NCBI GenBank assembly: GCA_003344405.1 | Contig: NOWV01000028.1 | Span: 248,001 to 312,000 of the forward strand | Reading direction: 5' to 3' | Source: Trichoplax sp. H2 | Lineage: Eukaryota | DNA length: 64,000 bases | In this document: positions 1 to 14,949 of the stretch, one piece after another | Layout: the number at the start of each line of letters is the position of its first letter | Numbering within the stretch: position 1 is the stretch's first letter | Program-made: the position numbers and the translations under genes | Notes under the pieces: generated by a model | Database searches by the model: none | What the model saw: only the letters and a program-made list of their open reading frames with translations | Told to the model about the DNA's origin: nothing

Positions 1-3000
1 TAAACGGTCACTCATTTTTGGCTAAGAATAACTAATTATTATTTTGATAAAACGATGTATTCAATGATATTCAAGGCAATAAGAAGACTATTATTGTGTT
101 AAATATTTGATGGATACATCAAATTGTTATAATGTTTGAATATTGATCCAATGGTATCTTAATAGTTAGCGGTATACGTATCTTCACTGGTTATTATCTC
201 ACTAAAATTACTTTATCATAAAGGTATCGAGTCAACTAATACTCTAGTATTTGGTAGCACATCCAGTATGATATACCATACATAAACAATAAAGTTTCAT
301 CAAATGAGGTTTTTCTAGTTTGTTAGTGATAACCATCTTACGGAAATCATAACTCAACAAGACGCATGAAAGGAAAATAACAAGTCTTCAATATTTAACG
401 GGATATATCAAATCTTTCAATTGATTCGATGTCGACAAAAAAGATGCCTTCTGGCCACAGTAGCAACTACGTTGATCACCTTTGAGGGATTATGTAATCG
501 ATAAGATATAAAATCTTCAATTACCGGTAGTTGAGTGTCCGAAAAAATAAGATCTCATTGCCTTAGTAAAAGAAATCTATTTCCATTATACGTAGATATT
601 TTAATGGTAATAACTCATCACTAATCCACGTTATGGGAGATCATCTTAACATAATAATTGAATAGATGAACTAGCGCAATGTGGCCAGATTTGCTAGTAA
701 TAAATAGATCAAATTGCTGAACTGGTTGTTCAACTTTACTCTAATAACTGATAATCATGATGACTTTTATGGATTGAAAAATTTTCTAACCGAACCAGTG
801 ATAAAAATTCGATGGAATACGTTTGAATTTTAAACTACAACTATTTTGAATTTTTTCAGGCTTATCCGCACAATATCTTGTTCAAACACGCAATGATTAC
901 GATCATTTTTTTAACCTCATATGAAAGTAATCATTATTTCGTATAAGAAATAAAGTTGTAAAGCAGTTTACTACTCACTTCTTCCGTATAATATTAACTA
1001 TTCACGTAGTAGTCATGACTCAAACATTAAAATCACATTTTACTATCAGATATTAGTTTTATATTCTATTGAATTGAATATAGGATGTTGTGATAACGCT
1101 AAAACAGAAATAATATTCTATTCTGAGGGAGTAATTACTCCCTCTCTCTCTTACTATGTATGTAATATTGATTCAAAAGTTATGATCGAATAAAAAAAAC
1201 GAATTCCTACCATAAAGGTGAGGATAACTCGACACATAAAATATTAAAAATTGCTATTGTCAATAATGATGATTACAAGTAGAACACTAGTAAAATAACA
1301 AGATTGTCAACGTCACATGTAGTCAAATATTATACTTAGTAATTGTCCAATTGACATGATCACGGGAAAAATAGAGCTCACCGCTATGAAAAAATGATCA
1401 TTGTATGATACGACAATGCATTACTATATCGATATTACCTACAACTATCATTGATACAGAAGAATAAATTGATCATACAGAATTGATCATTTTTCTAGAT
1501 AGATAGATAGAGTTTAATCGGTTAATAGACGAAGATGATGACACAACCTTCTTGCCATAGTGGTATAAAAAATGAGTAAAAAAATAATGATGACAAATAA
1601 CAATAATAATATCAGTGTAAAGGAAATATAAACTAGCTATGGAAATTGATCGCGGTGGCATCAAAAGTGTATTAATGTGTGGGACATTCAGTAATTAAAA
1701 GTAAGCAAACACAAGTGGTCTATTGAGAGAAAATGAGTAGGAAATGACTTGCTAATTTGATGAATATAGCATCCACATTGGATATGAATCGATTACCATG
1801 ATATCAATCTCTTTCACATAAATAGAAAATGGATTTTAAATGGGTCAGCGCATTGGTTTGATTGAAAATACATTTAAAAAAAATTGAAAGATCACTATCA
1901 AACAGTGTAAATAATATTACGACGCATCTTATTAACAATATTGTCCTGTTCCATCTAATTAAGGATTGAACCATTCTTATCGAAGGGTTATTTGATGAGA
2001 ATTTTAACCCATGAAACTTTCGGTAACAGAAAAAACAACCGTATAATTATATCTCATGTTTTCTCATACTGGTAAGGGGCCCATTTTCGCCGACTTTAGC
2101 TTTATTGATAAAGTGAAGAAATGTGAAGTATCTAGGATAGAGTGGGGAAAATACACTCAACACTTAAAATAGCGATGATAAATCATTGAAAAAAAATTCT
2201 AGAAAAATGTCATCTGCTTACTTTATCGAGGATGATGAATAAATCAATTTCAAAGAAATAAAAGTGTAGACAATCCAATATCTTTATTTATCGTATCGAT
2301 ATCTAACAGTACCTGTAAGACGAAGTTCAGTCTTTTCAGTTTTGATATTGATCCCAACAGGCAAATCCGTTAGGAGATAGAAAAAGAGCGTCGTCTTCGT
2401 CGATTACAAGATTAAACTTGAAATTGGCACGATGCCTATAGTATGATGATTTGGTTACAAAAATAGTTCAATATGGCATTAGTTGTTGTAAAAGATGAAT
2501 TGATTTCTCTTTTCTGAAATATCATGGTAGTGGTACAAAAAGCAAAAATTCTTGATAGAAATACACGTAGTGAATCCACTGTATTAAGTCAAAGCAATAT
2601 TTCAAAGTGTTTAATCGATCAGATTATCGTCAGTAGGTTACTTTGTACCGTCAGTAATTTAATCAATTTTGTAGTGCTACTGAAATAAAATGATTCGTTT
2701 GAACGTTGATGGACATCTTAACCATTGTACGAGTACTATTATGCACATAATCTTGGAATTAAAAGGTTGATATGGTGAACGAATACGAAACCACATTGTA
2801 AGGTATTAAAGTAGAGTAAATCGACTCGATTTGAAACAAAATAATAATATCTCATTTACAGCATAATACTTTAAATCTAAAGCCAATTCATCAAGATTGC
2901 TGCAATCGTTTTAGGGATAGAATCACCAGTACTTGATATGCCATTTACCTAACTATCGCTATATCATAGACTAGAGTCAAAAGGTACTTTTGATGATAAC

Positions 3001-6000
3001 CGTGCATTTGTTTTTTCCATTTTCAATTTTTTTTCCCTCACTCTCTTTCTTTATTCCTTTTCAAACAACATAATTAATCATACGGTAAGAGCTGAACTAA
3101 ATTTATTAAGCTACCATAAAACTGATCATTCAAAAATACGTCTAATCATTGATTTAAGGTAACTTGAGATTGGAAGAAATTAACCTTTTGAGAAATTGTC
3201 TACTTATTAGGCATTAAATATTCGTCTTGTTCAATCATTTCTTGATATAACAATGTAATGGCAGTCATGACTTAGGATATGACTATAAGTTTAAGATTTA
3301 TCTAACACAAGAAGTCACTATGAGGCAATTGGGATAAAAATCTTATGCTACTCACTATGGTAGTCTACTTTCAACATATTGAAAAGATTAAAAAATTCAG
3401 TCTATCAATAAGTAACGATATCCTCTAAATCATGAAAATAACTTTTTATCTTCAAACGTATTAAAATGAACAGACGTTTTTTTAGAAAAAAAGAAAGGGA
3501 AAAAAAGAAAAATAGTGGATAAGAGGTAAATTAAAGAGATTAATTTTCGCAGTTTACCGACATAATCATTTAAGACAAGGACGAATGCAATTTACCGTAG
3601 TCAATACGACATAGATTAAATCTTATTAGACAACTTTTGGGGGGATATTCGATCTGATGTGATCTATTTTGTGTTTAAAAAATCGTTTGTACTGTAATCT
3701 AGTATTAGATTGAAATAGATATTACAGTCTTTTTTCTATCATTTTATTTTAACAGTATTGAAATAAATGTAGATATTTTAAATAACATTTCAAGACCAGT
3801 TTTATTAGTCAGAGTAAGTACATTATCGACATACCTAGAAGATGGATATAGACAGAGTCTGAAGGAAAAAACGGCAAATGTTACCACTGCCACCTTATGT
3901 AGACGTTTACTATATATGCTAAAGTAAGAAGTGACAACTGACGTTTAATTGAATTGGCCAACAACAGTTAAGAGAGTAGACTAAAGTATGCCGTGATAAT
4001 GTCATTATGTTGATTAATTTATGTTAAGTTCAATATTGTTGTATAATTATTGTTGACTTTACTACTAGCTAAATCGTCAGTCATCGATTGTACATATTTC
4101 AATAGTGTAAAGTTACACAAACTATCCAATTATTATCAACAATCATAACAGGGAAGAAAAAAGATAAAAGGTATACATACATAGACACAGACTTAATTGT
4201 ATCCAACGTTACTACAGCATTCAAGTAGCAGTAGCGGAATATATATTGTCTACTTTACTCATGTTAAAATTAACGTAATAGTAAGAAGAAATGATTAGCC
4301 ATCATCGCGGTAGTGCTCTATTTAAATACGGACATGACAAAGCGATGCCATACTGTGTTCTATAGAGACTCTATGCTCATAGTGTGTCCTATTCTGTATT
4401 CATTGACTTGGTTCAACGAGTTTAAAGAAATTTCTTAGCCAAATTTGAAACACTTTCCTCTCTTTTACTTCAAAAGTCCATCTTTTTACTCTGTCTTATA
4501 AGGATTATATACTGTAATAATACATTTCTATGTATTATTCGAAATTTCCTCTATTATCAATATAATTTCCGCAAATAAGAGTCTATTTCTATCCTAGGAA
4601 ATCAATCGCATTATAGACCCTAATTATTCAAAAATAAAGTGAAATGGATAAAATCTTCATCTCAACTTTGTGCTATTTTGATGCCTACTTGATCATTTAA
4701 CTTATAAAGTTAAATAATCTATTTTATTTTTCTTCTTTCAATTTTTCCTTCATAACATGCCAATGAAATGTATACTCTTTCTATTGTACTTCTTCTAACT
4801 TCTTTGCTTCATTAAGTGGTCCATTTTGATTGAGTATATGAGGAATTACAATTTAAGTTGTTAGTCTAATTTTGAACTCAACGTTCAGTACTAAGTACTG
4901 TTTTACATCCTCTAGATTTGTAATGGTTAATGTGTAACTGTGCCCTATCCGTTTATCAACAGTGTAATAAAATGATAATTTTTCACTTATTATTTTGAAC
5001 AAACTCATCATCTTCTGAGTAGATTAGTCTTCACAACGATATAAGGGCTAATTTAAAGAAGCATTTGCTTGGATCAACTTATTCAAGACTAGCGCACGTT
5101 CGTGAAGAAGATATTTTGTGATGCGATGACTGAGTCAACAAATCCTGAACTTTCCCTATACCATATAATACATATAATTTTAACCCCATATCCTCAAGCT
5201 ATTGTTTCAGTTAGAACTAATATCAAGACTTTGTCTACTAAGTGCTATACTGTAATTGACATTAATGTAGCCAACGCATCATCAGTATAAAGTGTTAGAA
5301 TGTATCTACACTATTATTTTTTACTATTTTTCATCCCAAGTTCGTCAAAAGTGAGTTCTGTACACGGACAACAAATCGGATACGCTCTCTCTCTCCATCT
5401 TCAAATATTGATTCCATCATCATAGAATGGACTCGATCCACTCGATAATCGTATTGCAAGTTTAATTTTTGATTCTTTTTTATAACTTCTTTCTTATTGG
5501 ATGGTAGAATGTCAATAAAAGATGCTGTAATTTGTGAATAGTCCTTCTAATAGGTACCTAGGCTAGGTTGATATTACAAGATAAGTTGTATGGATAAATT
5601 GTAGATACACGTTAGTCAAGTCGCGGCATCAGCATTGCATGGAGTAATTGATGACTAGGATAGGATATACAATCTTGAAGTGAACTACCTTACAATGGAT
5701 TGATTAAATTATTCGAATTTATTCCACACGACAGTCATATTATCGTTTATTGTACGACTGGATAAGTTAAAAACCCATAACATGCCACCTAGGGTAGACG
5801 TCATGTGGGTAGACAAAGACTACAGCCAAGTATCATCAATGACCGCGGCAAAGTACATGATGGGACCACCATTACATTCCATCGTTTCTATTATAATGAT
5901 GGTGATGATGATTATTTACCTTTGCTTTAGTGGTAAAGGAATACGTAGTGTATTATCGTTGTTTCAATTTTCAACTAACCCCTAGAAAGTCATAACTAGA

Positions 6001-9000
6001 TGGCAGACATTATTTTGCTTAGTCTGTTTTCATCTCTAGCCAAGTCTATACAAACGCTCAATGTCGTTGTAACTGACAAAATCTTCATTGGCTTTATATT
6101 ATTATTCTTTTTTTTTCCAATTCTAGTTTTACATGATTAAAGGATGACTAACTACAATTTGAATGACTAGTTCTAAATCACATTGATAATCATCAGTTGA
6201 AATATATCACAGTAGGCGCTATTGTTATCATATGCAAGCTCGTCTTTTGTCAAGGAAATAATCCAGCCGACCGATGTCGTATTCAATCAAAGGAATGATT
6301 AAATTCATGGCAATAACGTTATTATGTGTATAAAGTAATTATTTTTCTCAACTCATTACACCTTCATTTTAATCTAATAACCATAACATATTGCAGATTG
6401 TTTCACCAATCTTATCTTAGTCCTCTATTTTTCTCCCTTTTTGACAATATAATCAGTTCAAATCAACACGAATTAATTTCAGACTTTGCTCGGTAAATAA
6501 TACAAATTTTGAAGCATTAAGAATCAGTACAATAATTAGACTATAAAATCCTATCATAGGAAGTGAATGGGTCTATGGTAGTGCCTGTAGACAACATGCA
6601 TAATACACGATGGAGGAAATGGCTAGTTTTTCTAATAGAATTAATTGACAAGCGGTAAACTATAGTCATGGTTATTTTAATCGCTTACAACTTACCACTG
6701 ATAACAGATTTTATCAATTAGGTCTATACCAAGCTAGTGCTGTGATAAAATTGCAACTGAGAAAATAGCTCAACGCAGTAGACTTGATTTTAAATCATTT
6801 TTACATTAATCTCTGTATGCTGCTAATAGTATTATAAAGAATAGCCATTCCATAAGAATTCTAAAATAACGTTTATCATCAATATTAACAAATTCATGTT
6901 GATTCAAATTGGCTGTGAAGAATTGTAATTGCTTTGATATTTTTTACTCTGAAATAGACTGATGAGCATAATATATCCATGGATAACAATACATATTCTA
7001 CGCGTATGTTGCTATTGTCAAGATTTTACACACAATATAGGGCTACTATACTTTCCACTTATGATTCTATATCACATGCGCGATAGAGAGTTGTCTTTAT
7101 TTTCAATGTTTTCAACACGTTTCTATCATTCGATTGAACAAATTAAGAGTCGTTAGAATCAGTTAATTGTCTCTATTCCAGACGATTTGAACTTTATAAT
7201 CTTCTCTTAAAAAATTAGCCCTTATTCAACTAATAGTTTAAACCAATCTGAATCGTCGGTTGAAATAAAATTCGATGTTAAGCCAATGGGCTATATCGAA
7301 AACGAAATCAAAGACGTAAATTATTTGAAATACTGATTTTTAATATCATTATGAATATAATTACTCGAAATAGATTTAAAAATGAAGAAAAACACTTTGA
7401 AAATTTTTTCTTAAGTGTTGCTTTCATACTGTACCTTGTAAATTCTTACCTTGAATTTCATCCTTTTTGGCACAATTTAATTGCTAGTATTGACTGGAAT
7501 AAAGTTTACATTATAACTAAAAAATGGAAGTCCTTGGAGCAAGAAATAAAATCCACTACGATTTTTTTGAAACTCCTTTCAAGTATATTGCTTCAATTCT
7601 TCAATGTATTATAATAATATTTGACTTTAATTTGTTAGTAATACGCTCAGCTAACCGATGTATTCATTGTACTGTATATAATTATTTGTGTTTACAATTT
7701 ATATCGTAATCTAATGTATAAGTATTTTAATCTGATCAATATTTTTTGTTCAACTAGTTATTACACTTTATCTTGAGTAATCATGATGAAAGACGAAAAT
7801 TTGACCACAATAACAATATCCAGAGATGGAATGAGTTCCATTTTATCTGATATGTTGTCAGATTAGTCAAATTTTTCCTACATAATCAACATTACTTTAC
7901 CGTATTGATTAAAAACAAATTTAAACGTTACGCAATATGCTAATATTGTATAGTATCTGTTGTTCATTATTTGCATAACTTAACATTGACTCCATTTCTT
8001 ATTATACATACGATGCTAATCATTTATTAGCAATATTTGCTTCCCTTAAAACAACTCTTTGTGATCATCATCTGCGTTAACAATAGTTTTAATTCACTTG
8101 TCTTATTTGCTAAAATATCAGTGATCCATGATATAAAGATCTTGCATCGTAATAAACGGCATATGTATACTGAATTCATGGATCCTGGCACGATCAGTAC
8201 CAAATTTCTCAACCAAATACTAGACATTGATTATGAAATTGACCATTTTGCGGCAATAATTAATGGCATATGATCATCACGTATTTTGATTATTATGGTG
8301 ATGCCTATGACCAATAAATGATAAATAATTAATTAAGGTACTATACTTTCTAACCTTGACTAAGCGATTGTAATGCAGTGAAAATTACATTGTTAAGAAG
8401 TGCATGAAAGATAGATTTGATCAATTTGATATGGCGTAGACAGTCGGCTTATTGTAGACTACACAGCCTTTAGTAATAAAGTTGATCAGAGCATCTAGCT
8501 AGATCTATCGTTTAATAGCACCAACAAATGATAAGATGGTCGAATAGAAATTAATAATTAGTTGATATTGTCAATATACATAAAAACTGTATGCAGGGTT
8601 TGAGCTTTGTTTCTTTGAAGGTCATAATCTACAATTAATTAATCAGCCATTGTTTAGAACATTGTACGCTCATGATAATGAGATATAATATTAAAGCAGG
8701 CAGAATTATTAAAAATAATTATTATAGACAGACGTCCAAATGATTAACTAGACAGACATCAACTTTTAAATAGACCGTGTGAAAGGATAATTTTTTAATT
8801 TCAAATGAAGGGCTACCTCACTTGATAAGTAGAGTACTACCAGTGTGACAGCAACCCGTAAATCGTATTGATTTTAATTACAATATTCAAGGATTAATTT
8901 AACCTGACTTAACTGTAGCTTCGTATACGAATATATAGTATGATACCTTGTTAAAGATGTCAAAATACAACAGTGCCATTAGCTATGCAGTGGACAATAA

Positions 9001-11163
9001 TTTCCTACTTCCTAAAGCAATTTCTACAGAACTGCATTTATAATCATCTGTTCTTTTATAATAGTGTGATTTACACTTCTGTATAGTGTAGACAACTTCT
9101 TTTAGGTTAATACATAGAGAGCACTATACTCCTCAGTAAGTGACATTGCTAGGGTATAATCAGGCAAAATATTATTAAAACAAATATAACTCAAAGGTGA
9201 GAACAAAGCCATTAAATTAATTAAAAACCACAACGATAGTGCCGGATCCTTTCGTCAACGTGTGAGTAGCATGGATTGATCATGCAACCGGTAACCTTTT
9301 GATAAAGCCCTCCGGTCATAATTCGTCTACAACACTAACAGCGAACTAGAAAATCGAAATTCTTCAATCTGAATTTTCACTGATCGAATTTCTAAATTGG
9401 TACATTCTAGAATCTACCTTGTCAATGAGATATTCGATAAAAATATTTAAAAATTTTCCTTTTTAGCAATGAATAGCTGAAAATGTAAAGCGACTAGCTT
9501 TAAATGATAATTCAGATGCTTTAAAAATATAGCAATAGAATTACTTGTTCAATTGAACGTCCATTTCGCTCCATTACATAAGATAAAAAGAATCGTAGTA
9601 TACGATGCCATATATTCCTTGAATATTTTGCCCCATATTTGCTACTGTTAATACCTAAATGTTTATCCAATACTGAGACTAAGATGCACTCTTAAATAAT
9701 GACGCTAGATTAAGGATGATTGATTAAATACAGTAGATTAGGAGTGCACCATAAGCAATTCAAGATTACCATTTTATTGATTTTAACTTGCAAACAATTG
9801 AGCGATAGCTAGTATACTACAATAGCATTTCTCGATTTTAGATTATAATGAAAGTATTGCTTTCATACGTACTATATATATCGAAAAAGAGGGAATGGGC
9901 AAGTAAGTGATTTGTGTGACTTGAGTGGTAGAGCGCAATAGATTGATTACCCCGTGTTACTGCTAGCTTACACCAGAGACAATATTATTTTGTAATTCAT
10001 TTAAATCCACTGATATATAGCGTGAATATACTTGTAGCTATGTACTACACATACAATAATATTCAGAAGATTATCAGAATATTGGCTAGCTCTTTCTTTT
10101 TTTTGCGTTAGAGGACAGATCATACCGTACGTGATCCTAAAGCGTTTGGAATAGTTAAAATCGCATAGGTTTGTATAGTGCCAGTTGCTACAATAGTTTC
10201 AGGTTACTGTGAAGAAATGTATCCAAGTTTAATATCTGCTCATAACTAGAATACTGTGAATATCACTATCTGGATTCTACTGTATTGTATATCAAGTTCA
10301 AAGAGGCAAAGAAGAATGAACTTGTTCTACTGTTCTGATGACTTTTGTACAGTTACATTACAAGCTAAATTGAGATCAGCCGTCTTTCATAGTAAATTCC
10401 GAAGAGCCTTCCATGTGATATATTGTAATACGATGCTCCTTTCGAAAGCAAACCTTAAAACTCAATTTCAAAATGTGATCTTGCTTGTAAAGAGTTTATG
10501 ATATTACATAGTACATAGTAGATCAGTATTAGTTAGTGTAGATATTAAAACAGTTTAATAATTCTCATATCTAAAATTATAATTTAGTTACAAGAATAGA
10601 CATGTCAGGGAGAAAGGTTAGAGCATATAAATTAAATTTAAGTGATGAAGGGTATTAAGACATGTTCTGTTTTATAGCCCAATTCATAGAACAGTAGAGG
10701 AAGTTATTGCTTGTACTGTAGCCATATACAATTTGGCTTGAAGTCATCGTTCCAGACATCACAAGGTTTTCTACATATATTTGTAGTTATTAATTGTGAC
10801 CATTAAATAATTGATTACTGAAATGCAGTCTTCATTTAAATAAACCATAATAGTAAGAAATTGAGTCAAAATCATGATAAGTCCGAGAAATTTTAAATAA
10901 ATAAATAAAATTGCTATAGTAGTAAAATTTACAAGGGTGCCATAAATAGTACAGTGATGACCGTATACACCTCATGGCTGTAAATATGGTATTAAAGTAA
11001 GTAAATCATAATCCAGCAGGTTTCCTATATTCTATACAACACAATTGATTGTATGTGTATTATCATCTTCGTTTGTGTATAATAAAACATAAGAAAGGGT
11101 CAATTTAAAATCTTATCTTTATAAAATGGATATATAAAATGTTATGGGTTAGAATTTAGCAAG

Positions 11164-14125
11164 TTAGTTATGATTAGCTCGGCCGCCGTTCATATATTCC
11201 ATCCACCTTTTAGCTATTCTTGCAAATAAAGGGTCCTCTTCAATAGTATCAATATGTAACAGTTGGCTGATATGAAGAGCATGATAAGTACTTCGGGCAA
11301 TAATCGGCTCAGCCTTTATAACTACATGGCGTAAATCGTAAAAAGTGTCAGAACCTGCATCATATAAAGGAAGGAGGTTCTTTAACGTTCTGATTCCATC
11401 ACGATACAATTCAGCAGCATCGCTAGTTATATTATGGGCATTGACATCTTCAACAGCAGATTTAAGGTCATAAAGACCGAAAAGGGAATAAATAAAGCCG
11501 TTTAATACTAGCAGTGGTATTTTGGTAGGATATTCTTCATAGAATTTATAAGTACCAAATACAGTGGCAAGTACACCACCTTCACTTGCTGGTATGTGGA
11601 AAGGCTTTGTTGCTAATAGCGCCGTTCGTAGGTATTTGTACTCTTTGGTCAAGTGAAACGCTCTGGTCAAGGTCGACATTGCTTGTCCTTGGGCCATAGC
11701 AGAGTACCATCCTGGCTTTAGGGTTAGAGTCAATTTATTTATTTTATGACTAACACTGACGGGCCAGCCGCCACTTCTATCTTGGTTGGCGACTAACCAA
11801 TTTGCAGCATCTATAAAGAAATCTTTATCGGCACTATCCACCAAGCTGAGTTTTCCTAACAAGCCACTTCCTTGTAATGTCACTGCATCCACAGAAATCA
11901 AGGCAGCTTTCTTAGACAATGCACCTTTTCGAGAGCCCTTTCGTCTCCGTTCTAGTAAAAGAGCTTTACATAGGTCGATTTCAAGATCTCTAGTGATTCT
12001 AGAGAGGACATTTCGTGTACCTATGCCGTATATGACAGTTTTGGATCGTTCAGAAAAGCTAACGCCTACCTTTGCAGTACTATAGCGGATTGTAAACTGC
12101 TGCTGTCGTTTCGTAGTAACTAGAAAGGAAATGCTTCCTGATCCTTTGAATTGAACTTCAAATCTAGCAATGAACCGTTTAAAGCTTGACTGCATATTTA
12201 ACGACATCGCTTTGGAAGAATCTGCATAAGGATTGATATAGAGAGAAATGGATTATTGTTAGTGCATCATCTCGTATATATAATAGCATTATAATGAAGC
12301 GAGTGTCAGGTGGATATGATGGTATGTATATTATACACATATATGATCAAAAATTTTCTCAACATAGTACAGTATATCCCAACCCATATTTGTTTTTTTG
12401 CATGGAAACATTGTAAGAATAATACTTGGGAGCTAAGATAGAAGCAAAACATTTGTCTGCTAAAAGGCTTACTGAAATGCTAGATTTAATGCACTTATCC
12501 AGTAAGATGCTCATTCAAAAATAATTGACGACACATTTTACAAACTAATACAATTTCCTAAAAGAGCTTCTATGATATCATTATTTTAACAAGTAAAACG
12601 TTGTTAGCGATACAGTATTTACTGCAGACTATCAACAATTTTATTCATCGTTAGCTGGAAAAAATTGTATTACGGCACTGGTGTTGTGGTAGAAATGCAA
12701 TAGGGTAGGGTAGAGTACTAACTAAAAAGAATCAATGGCTCCAGTTTAAGGATAATATGAATGCTTCTTTGCACTAATGTTTATTATGTCTGGTCAACAT
12801 CAAGTTCCAATGCAGACGGGTTTGAGCAAAGTGGACGATAATAACGTAACAGCTGTATGATCTCCTACAGAGCTACAGTATACTGTCTGTATGCCTTTGA
12901 GAATTGTAGCATGATAAAGCCATAGAGTAGATTAGTGAGCAAGTTTCGACTGAAAGCTTGGAAATACTCAATCAATCGATGGGTTCAGTATACCTGGAAA
13001 TGGTATAGTCGTCTATTTTAACTCGTCTAGAAGAGAAAAGTGATGTACAGTATATGGTTCAAAGTTCATAGATTGCATTTGCTAGTAGGTTAAACTGGAG
13101 CTACTCTGTGACTATTGTATGATCATAGGTTGGCTAAAAGCAGATTATGGAAAAAGGAGTTGCTTGTTGAATAGTCAATTCTGATAGTAAAACACAAAGC
13201 CTATCAATGGCAAGATGGGGGAAAAATGATAAAACGGATTGACGATTACGATCATGATTATGATTACTATTACAGTCTATCCATGTATCCGATGGAATGA
13301 AGATTTATTTGTATTGTCCTTAAATAGCTACTAACCACGACTTTGAGCAAATTTCATGACCCGTTTATTGGGTCCATCTACGATAGCATCGATACACTGA
13401 ATTGAGGTAGTTTGATGGACTTTCCAAGTTGAGACTATGTCCATGGATTTGCAATCGGATAGGATACGTTGATTGATTTTGGTCCCATTGAGTAGTAATC
13501 GTGTAAAATGGCTTAATGCAAATTGGCAAATTTGAGTGGGATAGAAATAGCCTTTTTGAGACCACTGAGTGGAGATAGGAACACCAGTGACACTATCGAT
13601 ATATTTGACTCGCTCTCTCTTTTCCACTTTATAAAAATTAAACCAGGTAAAGGGTCCTTTATAGTTATAACGACCGATTGGATCGACCACTCTTGCTTTT
13701 CGCTTGCTGATGGACCATACTTTCTCACCATTTAAATTTTGTGATTCTCCAACCCAACCAAATTGGCTGGATAAAAATTCAACTGGTATAAAGACTTTAC
13801 CATTGAAATTTTTGCCTTGAAATGTCTGCCTATTAAAGTAGTTGATTTTAATGGATTGATGATGATTAACGCATTGATTTGCATTATATTCCTCTTGTAT
13901 AGGATTGGCTCCATTTTGATCTTGGCGTTGTTGCACTTGGATTGAAGATTTAGAATGTTGAGCTTGTTGTTGTTGATGATTCTCCTTGAAGATTGGGGTA
14001 TCACTCAACCATTTGATGATATACACCAACAAGAACAACATGAAAAAGATCAAAATACGACGAATACATTGCCTATGACTAGCAAGTCCTCGCAGAGAAA
14101 AGCAACATAATGACTTGATCGACAT
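11164..14125 (-). CDS. GLCE: D-glucuronyl C5-epimerase (heparan sulfate epimerase); two coding exons, 14125-13336 and 12221-11164
   Basis: N-terminal signal anchor ILIFFMLFLLVYII. Family motifs GVPISTQW..YFYPTQICQFAL, WYSAMAQGQAMS, YEEYPT, VLNGFIYSLFGLYDL, YDLRH, YHALH. A phase-1 GT-AG intron (13335-12222) joins the two ORFs in frame. Confidence 0.96.
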
Positions 14126-14949
14126 GAATGCAATTCTTCTTCAAAATAAGGGGAAAGCGAACAACCAAGTCCAAGTGGTCGACTATGATGTCTTGATGAT
14201 CTCACTTGGCATGGGATGTTGAATGGGACGAGGGGGGCAAAAAGGAAAAAATCAATCACTCAATGCAAAAGAAAGAACAAGATGATCCGTTTGCCTTTCT
14301 CTGTCGACTCCAAGCCAATGTCAATCCCAATTCGATGACTGTGGCTAGTTGTTTCTTTAAGCTCCACTAGTAGCAATGAAAAAGGGGCAAAAAAAAGGAA
14401 ATGCAATCTTATTGATTGATCAATCTTTGTCTGCTACGACCTGCTCAACGCGTAGTATTGGTATACAGGGCGCGTGGACATACAATAACAGCTATAGTAA
14501 TAGTAGGCAAATATTTTCGAATTGGGAAATGGATCAGTCCTGCCGTCCGGCAGTACGGTACTCATCTGACTCATACTGTGCGCTCGTGTGCAGTCGTCTC
14601 ACCTGCGTGATGACGTTATTTTTCACTATGGTTACAACAGTAGGACGAATGTGACCCTACCCTTGGTGTCACTTGAATGACCAGTCAGTATCATTCTGCA
14701 TGACCCGGACATTTTTGTCGCTTTTTCCATTTTTGTTTCAAGTTCATCCACTGCGCAATGCAGTGCGCATCCTGCAATGGACGATGTACAGTACAACGAT
14801 TGCATGATGAATGCAGTCGGACATGCAATCGATTGTATTGATTTGAACAGCTTGTTGATTCAGGCCAGTTACACTACTGTACAGTACAATGTACATTGTG
14901 CGGTGTATTTTGCGCTTGAATATTGACAAGGAAGACAAAGATTGAAACT

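Noticed and set aside
1473..10501. Short ORFs of 60-87 aa in the first 11 kb
   Set aside because: AT-rich chance ORFs with no motif or consistent splice chain.
11786..12085. Antisense ORFs over GLCE, the PH gene, ELYS and the GPCR
   Set aside because: Shadow frames of real coding exons, with no recognisable motifs.
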